Virus record (IMG/VR): IMGVR_UViG_3300033571_007537
Coordinates: 26,991-90,990 of that record
Strand: one strand, 5' to 3'
From: a virus
Length of the DNA stretch: 64,000 nt
Part shown: positions 19,257 through 29,417 of the stretch, piece after piece
How positions within the stretch are numbered: position 1 is the stretch's first letter
How the letters are laid out: every line of letters starts with the position of its first letter
The notes under the pieces: model-generated
Database searches by the model: none
Told to the model about the DNA's origin: nothing
What the model saw: only the letters and a program-made list of their open reading frames with translations
Translations under genes and position numbers: made by a program

Positions 19257-21041
19257 TTATAGTTCAGGTTCTGCCAAAGGCGGAACTGCTTCTTCTGTTG
19301 GTTGAGCCTCTGCTGGTGCTTCGGCTTGTGGATTACCGCCCTCTGGAGCAGGCGCACTGTTTAGTGCTTCCGCAACTTCTGGAGGTAGTGGAGCGACGCT
19401 TGTAGCTTGTTGAGCTGAACGTGCGGCGTTCATAATCTCTGGGGCAACGGCGTTCATCAAAGCTTCTGTAAGCTCTGGTGTAATCATGCCCTTCTCTAGC
19501 ATAATGCGAAGTCCAAGTTCTGTTGGGCTTGGGGCATCTGCTTCAGAGAATCCGTGTGCTCGACGCCATGTGTCGTAAGACACTGCCATCTTGTCAAATC
19601 CAGCATCGGCGTCTGCTGCACGGTCGTTACGAGTTGCAACCTGTGATGGGTCATACCAAATAACAATCTTGTCAACTGCTTCTGGAGGGAAGCCATTTGC
19701 TTTCAAATACGGACGTAGGTAGACAACAGTAAGTGCGTCAGCAATCAAAAGCATTAGCGGCTCAATGTGTGCCTTGTATAGGCTCTCGTCAATCTGAAGT
19801 GCGTTTGAATACTTAACGTTAGCAAGACCAGTAACGATGTCCTTAGGGACGTCGAGACCTTGCATAATTCTTTCAAGCACTCGGTCAGCACGGTCAGCAA
19901 GAACAGAGTCAAATGAACGCTCAAACTTGAACTGCTTAATCTTGTCGCCAAGTTCTGCTGGACCACGAATGATAAGTGGAACAACTGCGGACGCTGAGTC
20001 TTCATCCTTAATAGGAGTTGTCATCGCGTCGATTAGTTGCTCTTCGAAGTCGTCTTGAGCTTCCTCAGGAGTTGGCTCTGCGTATAGACCATCTTCATCT
20101 TCGTAAGGATAGTTTGGGTCTGGAGACGCGGCTACTGAAAGACCGTCTGGTAGGTAGAGAGCGCCAGCGTTCAGTCTGGAACGCGCAGTCGCACGGAACG
20201 TGCGGTTAAGTAGAAGTAGTTCAGCACAAAGGTCAAGTAGACCTCGCATTGAAGAATCAGACTCTTGAGTGTAACGTGGGTGAGTCTTCCAAATACGTCC
20301 AACGAACGCGTCCTTTGGTAGACGGATTGCACTCTTGCTTGCAGCACTTGAAGCAGAGCCACCAACGTCGCGCATCGGGTTTACAACATAGTTGCCACGT
20401 GCGTCAATCTGAAGTTCGTCAGTTGAGCGGATGTCCCAAGACTCTGGAAGTCCAGTTCCGATACGCTCTGGAATCTGAACTAGGTAGCATTCGCCAGTAA
20501 CCTGTAGGTTGAGAGCCATATCCTTAAGCATTCCCGGAACGCCACCATAAGCAGACTCAAGACGAGCAAGTGCACGTTCTGATGCTGAGGCAAGCTGAGG
20601 GTCAATCTTCTCTGAACGAGAAACTGGAGCAGGTGCGTGGCTCGGGTCTTCAATGATTGCAGGGTAAAGACGGATGCGAGATACAACTGAGGCAACTAGG
20701 TTGAAAGCGTATTTGATTTCACCGATTGCGTCGTAGTATTCCCAAGCTTCTTGCTGCCATGAGAAAGCGGCAGACTGACGTCGATTCTTAAAACGCTCTG
20801 CTTCACCTTTGTCATTCAAGTTCATCTGTGCAGCGGCAGCTGTAAGTGGACGTACGTCAGAGTATGAAGGAGACTCTTGGTAGACAACACCAAATGCGTC
20901 TACGCCAACACGAACGCCTGATGGCAAAGTCATAGGAGTTACTGAAGCACGGCGTGAGTTCGCAGACGTGGCACGGAACGGACTCGCACCTTGAGGTGCA
21001 CGGTTCGGTGCGTCTTTTGCGTTACGTTTGAAAATGCCCAA
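19257..21041 (-). CDS. Portal protein
   Basis: 594 aa; WQQEAWEYYDAIGEIKYA, GECYLV and SAVVPLII motifs resemble actinophage portals; lies between terminase and head genes. Confidence 0.75.
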   Translation of the reverse strand: MGIFKRNAKDAPNRAPQGASPFRATSANSRRASVTPMTLPSGVRVGVDAFGVVYQESPSYSDVRPLTAAAAQMNLNDKGEAERFKNRRQSAAFSWQQEAWEYYDAIGEIKYAFNLVASVVSRIRLYPAIIEDPSHAPAPVSRSEKIDPQLASASERALARLESAYGGVPGMLKDMALNLQVTGECYLVQIPERIGTGLPESWDIRSTDELQIDARGNYVVNPMRDVGGSASSAASKSAIRLPKDAFVGRIWKTHPRYTQESDSSMRGLLDLCAELLLLNRTFRATARSRLNAGALYLPDGLSVAASPDPNYPYEDEDGLYAEPTPEEAQDDFEEQLIDAMTTPIKDEDSASAVVPLIIRGPAELGDKIKQFKFERSFDSVLADRADRVLERIMQGLDVPKDIVTGLANVKYSNALQIDESLYKAHIEPLMLLIADALTVVYLRPYLKANGFPPEAVDKIVIWYDPSQVATRNDRAADADAGFDKMAVSYDTWRRAHGFSEADAPSPTELGLRIMLEKGMITPELTEALMNAVAPEIMNAARSAQQATSVAPLPPEVAEALNSAPAPEGGNPQAEAPAEAQPTEEAVPPLAEPEL

Positions 21042-21056
21042 GGGCTTCTCCTAAAT

Positions 21057-21356
21057 CTATTTGTCTAGCTTGGTTGAAATTATGCCAGCAACGGCAGACA
21101 AGGCAAGCATGGTGCAAAACAACAAAGTTGCCGTAGGAACTATTGTATAGCAAATAAGTGTAAGTGATGAGGCCCAAATGGACATACACCAGTTGCAGGT
21201 GAACAAATATCCAATTTGAGTGCTAGGGTTCTTCCACTTCCAGATTGCATTACGAAGTGGTTCGAATATTTGGTCTGTAGTTACTAAACGTGAAAGACGG
21301 AATACTCCGAGCGCGAGGATTACTAATTCATATAATTCTGGAACTTGAATTTGCAT
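21057..21356 (-). CDS. DUF1360-like membrane protein
   Basis: RLSRLVTTDQIFEPLR...LFTCNWCMSIW plus hydrophobic helices; immediately upstream of the portal. Confidence 0.7.
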   Translation of the reverse strand: MQIQVPELYELVILALGVFRLSRLVTTDQIFEPLRNAIWKWKNPSTQIGYLFTCNWCMSIWASSLTLICYTIVPTATLLFCTMLALSAVAGIISTKLDK

Positions 21357-21357
21357 C

Positions 21358-21738
21358 TTAGCCTTTCGTTGAGTAAAGCGTCTTGTAAGGATTCCAGCTT
21401 CGTAGACGTGAGCCACAACCGCAATTGGTGTCCTTCTTGAAGGCTATCACCTTTCCGCTTACAGTGACAACTACTGAGTCTTGTTCTGGTGTTGCGGACT
21501 TAAAGAAGTTCTCTGGGCTGTAGCCCTCGTTGAACACAACTTGGGCACCTTCTGGAGTATCTTGTGCAATAAGAATGTTGGTCTCTGTAACGATAACTCG
21601 GGCGGTGTCTATTTGGTAAGTGTTGGGCAACGTCGATAGGGACGTGAACTCTTTTGGCTCAGCGATTGTGTTCGCTGGGGCAGCGGAGACGTGGGCTGGA
21701 AACAGGTCGTAAATAATCTTTGGTACTGGACTAGTCAT
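21358..21738 (-). CDS. Hypothetical protein with C-terminal CGCG motif
   Basis: 126-aa ORF coupled to its neighbours. Confidence 0.7.
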   Translation of the reverse strand: MTSPVPKIIYDLFPAHVSAAPANTIAEPKEFTSLSTLPNTYQIDTARVIVTETNILIAQDTPEGAQVVFNEGYSPENFFKSATPEQDSVVVTVSGKVIAFKKDTNCGCGSRLRSWNPYKTLYSTKG

Positions 21739-22240
21739 TCTTGCTTAATCTCCTTGCGATTGCTCTATGAGTAACATTAGCAGCTCTGGCAATGTCTGCA
21801 ATGGAAACGTCGTTATCTTTTAGTTCTCGGGTAAGTTGGTCCATCTCCTCGTTGGCTAACGAAGCAGGGTGGCTTGCTGCCATACCACTGCGATAGTTCT
21901 TAGCTAGTGGAGCAATATCGCGGAGTCTATCTGCAATGTCATTAGGGACGCCCGGAGATTTGGGGGTCAGACGCTGGTAGCCACCCTCAGGGGTGCGGAG
22001 TCTTGGAAAGTCAATAGGGACGTCGACGTTGTGAGGTGAGACTTGGTCGAGGCGGTCAATCCACGCCTTTACTGTGGAACGTCCTTTGGGCGGGTCGAGG
22101 GCCTCACCGATTGCTTGGAGCGTCCAACCTACTTGGTAGAGCTGCTTGGCTCGAATATGTAGACGTTCGCCAGAAAGCGAGCGGAGGAATAGGGACTCTG
22201 TTTTGGAGAGGGACTGGCCTCTTGCGGAACGTCTAGACAT
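21731..22240 (-). CDS. Double-HTH DNA-binding protein (paralog of 26912-27496)
   Basis: GWTLQAIGEAL..RSTVKAW and VSIADIARAANVTHRAIARRL helix-turn-helix patterns. Confidence 0.7.
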   Translation of the reverse strand: MSRRSARGQSLSKTESLFLRSLSGERLHIRAKQLYQVGWTLQAIGEALDPPKGRSTVKAWIDRLDQVSPHNVDVPIDFPRLRTPEGGYQRLTPKSPGVPNDIADRLRDIAPLAKNYRSGMAASHPASLANEEMDQLTRELKDNDVSIADIARAANVTHRAIARRLSKND

Positions 22241-22419
22241 GTATTTATTGTATCATGTCTGCGGCTAAGTTTATGTACTTTAATTAAAAATGATACCTTA
22301 ACGTATTTTGCTTTTGGGGTGCGAGATGGCTGCGTATGTTTTCGCGACACGCCCGAATTGTTTCCTGTCCCGTTCAGGTTCTATCATAGATTCGCTTTTG
22401 CCAGAGCCTCAATTCCAGA

Positions 22420-22930
22420 CAAAACAAACAACATCAAGCACATAAGCACACATCAAACAAGACAAACAAACAACAAACATCAAGAGTCAATCAACTCAAT
22501 CAAACACACACACACAAACAAGCACATAGACACATCAAACACACATCAACAACACATCAAGCACATCAAACACACATCAAGCAGACTTTTACTCAATCAA
22601 GCACATCAAACACACACTAAGCACGCCCAGACACCCGTCTAGACCCACTTAGCACCCAGACCCACTTAGACACACCCAGACCCCCTTGAAGTCAATCCCA
22701 GACCCTCCCAGAGCAACTAAGCACACATCTAGGCACACAAACAAACACCCACTAGCCCAGACCCGCCCAGAGCAACCTAAATACCCAGCACAGCGACCAA
22801 ACACCCGCCTCGATACGCCCCCAGCGACCAGACCCTCGCTCAAACACCCACCGCAACCCAGTAATCGCCCCATAGAGCCGTGTAGCCCTCAAAGAGCCGT
22901 GTAGCCCCCCAGACCCAGACACGCCCCCCA
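22420..22930. repeat. Strand-asymmetric low-complexity tract (CACATCAA-like repeats, then CCCAGA-like repeats)
   Basis: Many (A/G)CACATCAA units at 22430-22612, then CACCCAGA/GACCC units; the top strand is strongly G/T-poor. Confidence 0.85.
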
Positions 22931-22942
22931 GAGGCGACCCGC

Positions 22943-22995
22943 AACACGCCGAACATCAAACTCAATTTGACAAACTATAAACAAAACCTCATACT
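22943..22995 (+). promoter_or_regulatory. Early-type promoter: AACACGCC box, TTGACA -35, CATACT -10
   Basis: Box 22943-22950, -35 at 22967-22972, 17-bp spacer, -10 at 22990-22995. Confidence 0.8.
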
Positions 22996-23026
22996 TGATA
23001 CATAGCCACTAGAAAGGAAATCACAA

Positions 23027-23287
23027 ATGGCAACTCGCAACTCAATCACCGCAATCGAAACCTATGATGTTCTAGGTGAAACAAAGTCAATCGCACCTAC
23101 CACTCACGCACTAGTAGAGGCGGTAACTTGGACTGAGGCAGGAGCAATCGCTACCGCACTAGACCACATGGCAAGCGACATGTCCGACAGTCCAGCAAGT
23201 CAGGCATACGCCACTTACCTCAGAGGCATTGCCCAGAAGTTCGAGGGCGTTCTAAACGCAATCGCAATCGCTAAGGGCATGGACTAG
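23027..23287 (+). CDS. Small hypothetical protein in a monocistronic cassette
   Basis: Own promoter, GAAAGGAAA RBS and terminator. Confidence 0.8.
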   Translation: MATRNSITAIETYDVLGETKSIAPTTHALVEAVTWTEAGAIATALDHMASDMSDSPASQAYATYLRGIAQKFEGVLNAIAIAKGMD

Positions 23288-23302
23288 CCCCCAGCAACAA
23301 TA

Positions 23303-23331
23303 AACCCCTCTAGCAGGTTGCTAGGGGGGTT
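23303..23331. terminator. Probably bidirectional intrinsic terminator
   Basis: AACCCCTCTAGCA-ggt-TGCTAGGGGGGTT hairpin between convergent genes. Confidence 0.7.
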
Positions 23332-23362
23332 ATTTGCTACTGAGGCGACTTACGGCAAGCCT

Positions 23363-24766
23363 CTACCTAATCTTGAACCCTCCACCATTGCCACCTCTAA
23401 ACGGACTAATCTTGCGAGCACCCATAGAGCGGGCAGTAATCTTGCCACCACTAAACCCAGCAGGAGGCTTGATTAGAAGAGCCGTGAGGGCGTGAACCAA
23501 CGCGTCCACGCGGTCAGGCGACTTGCCCTCTCCGGGAATCCAAGAATACATTTGCGATTCTAAGTCCGTGAGGTACCCGACATGATGGACGCGACCTTGC
23601 TCATAGGCAAGCGTGATAGGTTCTGCCCGCAACGCTTTTCCGTATTTGGAGTGAACCTCTAACACCGTGACGCTAGGGTCTATTGTGTGTATCGCGTTCT
23701 TCACTAATGCTCCACCTTGATTCACCTCCGCAACCACAGGGCAACCCCACTTGCGAGCCATCTCGACCACCCGCATTGCCCAAACATTAGGCGACCCCAA
23801 GACTGAGGCGTCCTCGACCACCCACGCTTGACGCTTATACAAATCTCTATCTGCCGTGCTTGAAACCACTACGATACCGCACTCATCTCGAGGGTTCTCC
23901 GCGACTGAGGGGTCTACCCCAATTACGCGAAGAGGCGTGCTTGAGGGGTAATTGCCGTGTCTATGCTTTTCAATCATTTCCTCAGTCCAGAGAGCACCCT
24001 CAACATTGTCCAACATCTCGCCATAAAGTTCTTGCTTAGCAAGTGAAGTTCCCGCGTATACGCCCAGCATTGTATCCAGATACGCACCAGAGAGGTTACC
24101 CGCATTGTCCAGCGTCGAGCCACGAGTTACGACCACATTGCGACCCTTATCCGCCTCCTCGAGCAACTTGTAGAGCAACGGCACACGCTTAGGAGTTGTA
24201 GTTACGACCATTTTCGGATACGCACCCAAACGAGTTCCAACACGCAAGTTATCAAACGCAGTCATACCAGCCGCGTCGGGAGTCTGCCTCCAAGCCGCAA
24301 TCTCATCTCCCCAAGCGTGAGTGAACTGAGGTCCACGCAGAGAGTCAGGCTCATCAGCAGTAAACAGAGTTGCCGTGTTGCCATTAGGCCAGGTCAGGCG
24401 ACGCTTAGACGGCTCATACAGAGGCTTTTCAGATGGAGGCGAAACATTCATAATCCCAGACTCACCCTCAACGATTACATCTCGCACATCAGCCGCAGTT
24501 CGGGCTACGAGGGCAAAACGGCGTTGCCCAGTTGTAGTGTATTTCGCTTGCTCCCGCACCCACTCAGAGGCGAGGCGAGTCTTCCCAAAACCACGACCCG
24601 CAAGCACTAACCAGATGTTCCAGTCTTCACCCTCAGGGCAGAATTGCTCAGGGCGACCCCAGACAGACCAGTCCCAGAGCAGAGAGTCCGCGTCCATACC
24701 AGCCAGCACCATCGCCCGTTCAGCCTCAGGGAGGTCAGCGATTTGTTCCATTATAGATTTACCCAT
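23363..24766 (-). CDS. terL: Terminase large subunit
   Basis: Walker A LAGRGFGKT, Walker B AWGDE, TTTP coupling motif, nuclease IGVDPS...PDRVDA. Confidence 0.95.
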   Translation of the reverse strand: MGKSIMEQIADLPEAERAMVLAGMDADSLLWDWSVWGRPEQFCPEGEDWNIWLVLAGRGFGKTRLASEWVREQAKYTTTGQRRFALVARTAADVRDVIVEGESGIMNVSPPSEKPLYEPSKRRLTWPNGNTATLFTADEPDSLRGPQFTHAWGDEIAAWRQTPDAAGMTAFDNLRVGTRLGAYPKMVVTTTPKRVPLLYKLLEEADKGRNVVVTRGSTLDNAGNLSGAYLDTMLGVYAGTSLAKQELYGEMLDNVEGALWTEEMIEKHRHGNYPSSTPLRVIGVDPSVAENPRDECGIVVVSSTADRDLYKRQAWVVEDASVLGSPNVWAMRVVEMARKWGCPVVAEVNQGGALVKNAIHTIDPSVTVLEVHSKYGKALRAEPITLAYEQGRVHHVGYLTDLESQMYSWIPGEGKSPDRVDALVHALTALLIKPPAGFSGGKITARSMGARKISPFRGGNGGGFKIR

Positions 24767-24855
24767 CTTCCCAGTCTACCGCATCTTTTCCCGGTCTTCC
24801 GTGTGTTCCCTCCTCCGGGCCGGGCCGCCTTCATCAACTTTTCACGGAGCAACCA

Positions 24856-24907
24856 GACACGCCGAAGAACCTTCCAATTTGACAAACCAAACTTCATAGC
24901 CCATAAT
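24856..24907 (+). promoter_or_regulatory. Early-type promoter with GACACGCC box
   Basis: GACACGCC 24856-24863, TTGACA 24879-24884, CATAAT 24902-24907. Confidence 0.85.
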
Positions 24908-24949
24908 TACTACATAAGCAAAAATGCTTATCCAACCAAAGGAGATTCA

Positions 24950-25309
24950 ATGACCACCACACTAAACACAATAACCGCAACTGCTACTGAATTTGGTTTT
25001 GACGCAGGTATTACTTTCAGCACTCAAGAGCAACTTGATACTTTTATTGCTCTATTCCCAAAATCAACTAAAGTAGTTGCCACTCGCCTCACCACCCTTG
25101 ACGGAGCAACATCTCCGCACGCTACTTTTGGTATTCGCCTAGTCGCAGATAATGTCAATGGCGGAACTAACGAAACAGGTCTCAAAAGACTTCACAAGTT
25201 CGTCGCGGTAGCAACTTCAAACGGATACGAAATCCACAACAACCCTTGCTACGGAAACTCACTAACCCAAGAAGCGTTCGACAAACTAATCGGGAGGGTG
25301 ATTGCCTAA
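24950..25309 (+). CDS. Hypothetical early protein
   Basis: Start reassigned to MTTTLN after an AAAGGAGA RBS; own promoter and terminator (~25331-25362). Confidence 0.8.
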   Translation: MTTTLNTITATATEFGFDAGITFSTQEQLDTFIALFPKSTKVVATRLTTLDGATSPHATFGIRLVADNVNGGTNETGLKRLHKFVAVATSNGYEIHNNPCYGNSLTQEAFDKLIGRVIA

Positions 25310-25589
25310 CGGCAACCCCGCCTCAACAAAGAAGCCCCCGCCCAGAAGCGGGGGTTTTCTTTTACCCGAAGCGAAGCGAAGCACTTGACTTTTTATAGAA
25401 AGCGTGATGACCGACTTTTTTCGCCAACTTCCGGGTTTTCCGTGTGGTCCAGGTTTCCAGGCCCCTTCGCGATTTCCTCATCAAAACTTTTCATCAAAAG
25501 TTAGCCGTATCCCGATTTGACAAAACAATACCGCGTCCCTCATAATTGCTACATAAACAGAAATGTTTATCTGACCCCAAGGAGATTCA

Positions 25590-25916
25590 ATGACCAATTC
25601 AAACACCGCGACTCAAACTGAACTACTAGACGCTTACATGATTGGCAACGGCGACTTCACTGATGTTGCTTGCCTAGACTGTGCCCGCGAGTTCGCAAGA
25701 ACAAACAAACTCAAGTGGGACTCTCCGTCCGAGGACACCTTCACGATTGAGAAGGGGACGGGTGCTTACGCCTCCTACATACACTCCTCCGAGGGTGAGG
25801 CGGACTCTCCGTATTCTTGTTGCGGACTTTACCTCCACACAAACTTCACCACTGAGGGCGAGGTTTACCTAATGGACGAGTTCCCGAGTTGGGTTGCGGA
25901 ACTCTACGGGTTCTAA
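25590..25916 (+). CDS. Acidic Cys-containing hypothetical early protein
   Basis: TTGACA-18-CATAAT promoter, AAGGAGA RBS, terminator ~25931-25960. Confidence 0.8.
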   Translation: MTNSNTATQTELLDAYMIGNGDFTDVACLDCAREFARTNKLKWDSPSEDTFTIEKGTGAYASYIHSSEGEADSPYSCCGLYLHTNFTTEGEVYLMDEFPSWVAELYGF

Positions 25917-26132
25917 CCCGAACACAAACTAGCCCCCTCCAAGTGAGGGGGTTTAGTTTTATCCGCCCGTAAATGCCCCGCTACGCCCCTCAGCGGGTGA
26001 GGGCGACTAACTTTACCTACTACATCACTTCAACCCCTCAGCGGGCGTCCTAGACCCGATTTGACAGATTGACCCCCTAACCCTCATACTTGATACATAG
26101 AGCAGAGATGCTCCCCGACTAAAGGAGATTCA

Positions 26133-26339
26133 ATGAGCAGTTATTACGATTACCAAGATGACGCGGATTACGCGAAGGAGATTTATTGGGAGGCGAAGGG
26201 ACTTGGAAACGCTAATCCTTCAACCGCAACTCCTAACCGCACTCCAGCACCTCAGATTGAATGCGAGAGATGCCACCGCAGAGGTTCAGCAGAACAAGTT
26301 GCTAGCCACAACATCAAATACCCGAACTGTGCTGACTAA
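26133..26339 (+). CDS. Small zinc-finger-like early protein
   Basis: CERC...H...C; own promoter, RBS and terminator. Confidence 0.75.
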   Translation: MSSYYDYQDDADYAKEIYWEAKGLGNANPSTATPNRTPAPQIECERCHRRGSAEQVASHNIKYPNCAD

Positions 26340-26616
26340 CCCTCAGCACTCAAAGATTTCCCCTCGTAGAGATACGGGGGTTTTCTTTTATCCAAACTGA
26401 AGCAGAAGCAGAACACCAGCACTTGACTTTTCACGAAATTCGCGTAGCCCCGGCTATTCCGGGTTTTCCGTGTAGCTTCCCCGCAGCGAGCAACTTTTTA
26501 CGAACTCCTCTTCAAAACTTTTTTTATTAGTCCGCGTGTCGATTTGACAAAATGTATGCCTATACCCCATACTTGATACATAAGCAGAAATGCTTACCAA
26601 CCTAAAGGAGATTCAA

Positions 26617-26856
26617 ATGAAGAAAGTTGTTCTAGTTAGCAAGTCAGAAGGTCAGCGTGGACAGAACGGTAAGAAGAAGGTTTACGAGATTATCGTTGAA
26701 GGAAACAAAGTAGTTCTGTCTTGGGGTATGGCAGAGAAGTCAGTCCGTCAAACCAAGACCGAGTGGTTCAATAACCCTTACTCCGCAGAGAACTTTGTGT
26801 TCGAAAAGCAATGGGAAAAGATTGCTAAGGGCTACGAAGTGGCATACACCGCGTAG
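26617..26856 (+). CDS. WGR-domain-like protein
   Basis: KKVYEI......VVLSWG...KIAKGY pattern; start after AAAGGAGA. Confidence 0.6.
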   Translation: MKKVVLVSKSEGQRGQNGKKKVYEIIVEGNKVVLSWGMAEKSVRQTKTEWFNNPYSAENFVFEKQWEKIAKGYEVAYTA

Positions 26857-26866
26857 CACTTACGAA

Positions 26867-26902
26867 AAGACCCCCTAGTCGAAATGACTGGGGGGTTCTT
26901 TC
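26867..26902. terminator. Bidirectional terminator where plus- and minus-strand early cassettes converge
   Basis: GACCCCCTAGTC-gaaat-GACTGGGGGGTT flanked by A and T runs. Confidence 0.75.
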
Positions 26903-26911
26903 GTATCTGGA

Positions 26912-27496
26912 TTACCGCACTCGGTTCTTCTCCAAAATAGGGTGATAGACCTTGCTAGTTCCATTACTAGGTTTTAGGTAGCCGTATCTGGCAAGTCTAA
27001 ATCTAATCGCACCGTGAGTAGTTCCTAACCGCTTACCTAATCTGTAAAGCGTTACGCCCTCTGTTGTGTGTGAGTAATTTAGTAGCCTCGTGTATTCTTC
27101 TGCCTCTGCCCTAAACTTTGGTGAATTAGACCGCACCTTGCGTGCTAGAGGTTGAAGTTCTAGCAGTCGTGCCAAAGTTTCTGGCGAAGGTTCAATGTAA
27201 ACTGGTGAAGGTTTTACGGGCTTCAATGGAAGTTCTGGAATAGTTAGTCCATAAGATTTCGTAAGTTCTTCAGCAGTCGAAGCGTCAGTAATTTTTGCCA
27301 CTTGGCGAACTCTCTCCCTTGACCAATGGAATAGTTCAGCGACACTTTGTAATGTCCACCCGTGATTTCTCAATGTGGTTGCGTAAGCGTTTCGTATTTC
27401 TTTCCACTCCGCAGTCGGAAGTGTTGCGTGAAGTTTCGCAACATCAGTCGCAACCTCAGTTGGAAGTTGGTGATTATTTTTCTTGAATTGAGTCAT
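26912..27496 (-). CDS. Double-HTH DNA-binding protein
   Basis: GWTLQSVAELFHWSRERVRQV (sigma region-4-like) and GVTLYRLGKRLGTTHGAIRFRL; start reassigned to MTQFKK. Confidence 0.75.
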   Translation of the reverse strand: MTQFKKNNHQLPTEVATDVAKLHATLPTAEWKEIRNAYATTLRNHGWTLQSVAELFHWSRERVRQVAKITDASTAEELTKSYGLTIPELPLKPVKPSPVYIEPSPETLARLLELQPLARKVRSNSPKFRAEAEEYTRLLNYSHTTEGVTLYRLGKRLGTTHGAIRFRLARYGYLKPSNGTSKVYHPILEKNRVR

Positions 27497-27601
27497 TTTG
27501 TTTTTCTTTCTCCGAGTTTTGTCCCGGTTTTCCGTGTTGAACTTTTGACGAAGAAGAAGCGGGACGCTGAGGTCCCGCACCTTCTTCAGTTTGGTTTGAT
27601 T

Positions 27602-27988
27602 TTAGAAGCGACGATTGTGATAAAAGTCTGAGTCCGAGATTGATTTTCCCGTTTCTTCTTCGAGTTCTATCTTCTCCGCACCGAGCATAATGCCCCATAC
27701 ATCGGATAGAAGATGAGCAAAGTTCTTACCGCGAGTTTGATAAACGCGGTTCTTGAAGTTTGGATAGTCAATCTTCAACGCTTGTTCCGCAACCCACGCT
27801 GACCACTCTGAGTCCTCGATGATTACTCTATACGGGTAGTCCGTATTAGTCTTCTTGATAATCTTCGCACCCGTAAAGTCCACGATGCTTCTGAGGGATT
27901 TCTTGTCCCTCGCACGAACTGTGATTTCGTCTTTGTCATTTTTGTATCGAATCGCCGAAACGAATCCATTTTCAGTAAATAGCCACAT
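27602..27988 (-). CDS. Phage hypothetical protein (MWLFTENGFVS...)
   Basis: 128-aa ORF with a GAGG-like element upstream. Confidence 0.7.
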   Translation of the reverse strand: MWLFTENGFVSAIRYKNDKDEITVRARDKKSLRSIVDFTGAKIIKKTNTDYPYRVIIEDSEWSAWVAEQALKIDYPNFKNRVYQTRGKNFAHLLSDVWGIMLGAEKIELEEETGKSISDSDFYHNRRF

Positions 27989-29198
27989 AAGTATTTGTCC
28001 TCTCGTCTTTGTGTCTTACCGCAAGGAGAAATCTACTCCTTGCTAATCAAGTCTTGAGTTATGCCCTTACGGCGTTATCACAATGTTATCATTTACACTT
28101 GTGCTTGTCAAGCCCGGAGATTTAGGACGGCAAGAGCAAGCGCAGAAGCACCCAGTCCCACTACCGCAGACAGTTCTCCTCCGACTAACACCAGCACAAT
28201 AGTCCCAGCAACAAGAAGCAAAGACCCAACAGCAGTCCAAGCAACCTCCCGCAGTAAAGCGAATAATCTATTCATTTCTTTTTCTCCTCAGTTTGTTTTG
28301 GAAGCACAACTCCCAGAAGGGGTTGAACCTTTCTTGATTTTCTCTCCACCCAGATAACAATCCCAGTAGTGAGCAACGCTGAGGCGACCAGCACCGCAAC
28401 GAGAAGTTGAGTAGCGTCGAAGTTAGTCATCGTCTAGCCCACTCTCCGTGCCCTCAACGAACACCGCAGTAATCATCGCCAGCACAAATACCCCAGCAAG
28501 AATTCCAAATCCGCCCAGTATCCATAAAAAGATTTCCATTGTTTCTCCTAAATCATTTGACACATCACACTCTAACATAAAAATCTTCTGAGGCACCATC
28601 TTTTCCGGGTAGTCCGTGTAGCTTCCGCCATCGCACAAAAAACTCCCTCACCCTGAGGCGAGAGAGTTCTTCGATTTTGTTTACGCTAGTTCAGGTTTCT
28701 TTATTCTGACCATACGCCTAACTCGAAAGTTGGCGTCAATTGGAATTATTCCCGCACGCATAGCCCAGTAAAACAGTTCATACTCCTTGCGAACCGCAAA
28801 CTTATCCAGTTCAGCAATTCTTTCTTGCGTTAGTTTCTTTCTCATTTGATTTCCTTTCACTTGTTATAACTACTTATCTTTGAGATTTATTCCCGCCCTA
28901 GAACGACGCTTACGCTTAGGCGGAACATAGAAGTAATTCACCCACAAAGACCGCGACACGACCGCGAGGAGGGCGAACCCAGTAGCAACCGCGACCATTG
29001 ACAGAACCAGCACAGTTGATTTGTCCATTGACTATTTCCCCGCTTTCTTTCTGAGGTCAAAGTAATAAAGAACTAGCGACTGAGCAATCAAAATAGTTCC
29101 GAGTCCCGCACCAATTACAAACGAGTTCACGCCCTCTGAGGTTGCCCCAACAAAGTAAGCGAACGCCCCAAGTAGGAATACTAAATACTTCAACATAA

Positions 29199-29417
29199 CT
29201 AGCCCACCTTTCTTGCCAAGTTCAAAACTTGTGGAGCAAAGGTTAGGAACACCGCACCTAGTCCACCAATCCAAAGTCCAGTTGCCCAAACTTCACTAGC
29301 ACTTGAACTAGCACCCGCACCCGCACCTACCATCAACGCGTAAGCAAACAAGTAAGCACCCGCAACGAACGGAACTGCTATTAGTCCTACTACTGCTCTA
29401 CGAAAATAAAACTTCAT
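29199..29417 (-). CDS. Small two-TM membrane protein, first of a small membrane-gene cluster
   Basis: Hydrophobic 72 aa, AAAGGAGA RBS. Confidence 0.7.
   Translation of the reverse strand: MKFYFRRAVVGLIAVPFVAGAYLFAYALMVGAGAGASSSASEVWATGLWIGGLGAVFLTFAPQVLNLARKVG

Noticed and set aside
22319-22904. ORFs 22319-22642, 22649-22873 and 22686-22904
   Set aside because: They are translations of the low-complexity repeat tract (H/T/K/Q- or G/C/V-biased) with no RBS.
23363-24766. Intein or intron in terL or thyX
   Set aside because: Both ORFs are of normal length with contiguous motifs.
24644-24949. Long N-terminal extensions in the ORF track (24644, 27580, 34383, 43975, 45184, 19357)
   Set aside because: They run through promoters, terminators or neighbouring genes; downstream ATGs with clear SD sequences are better starts.
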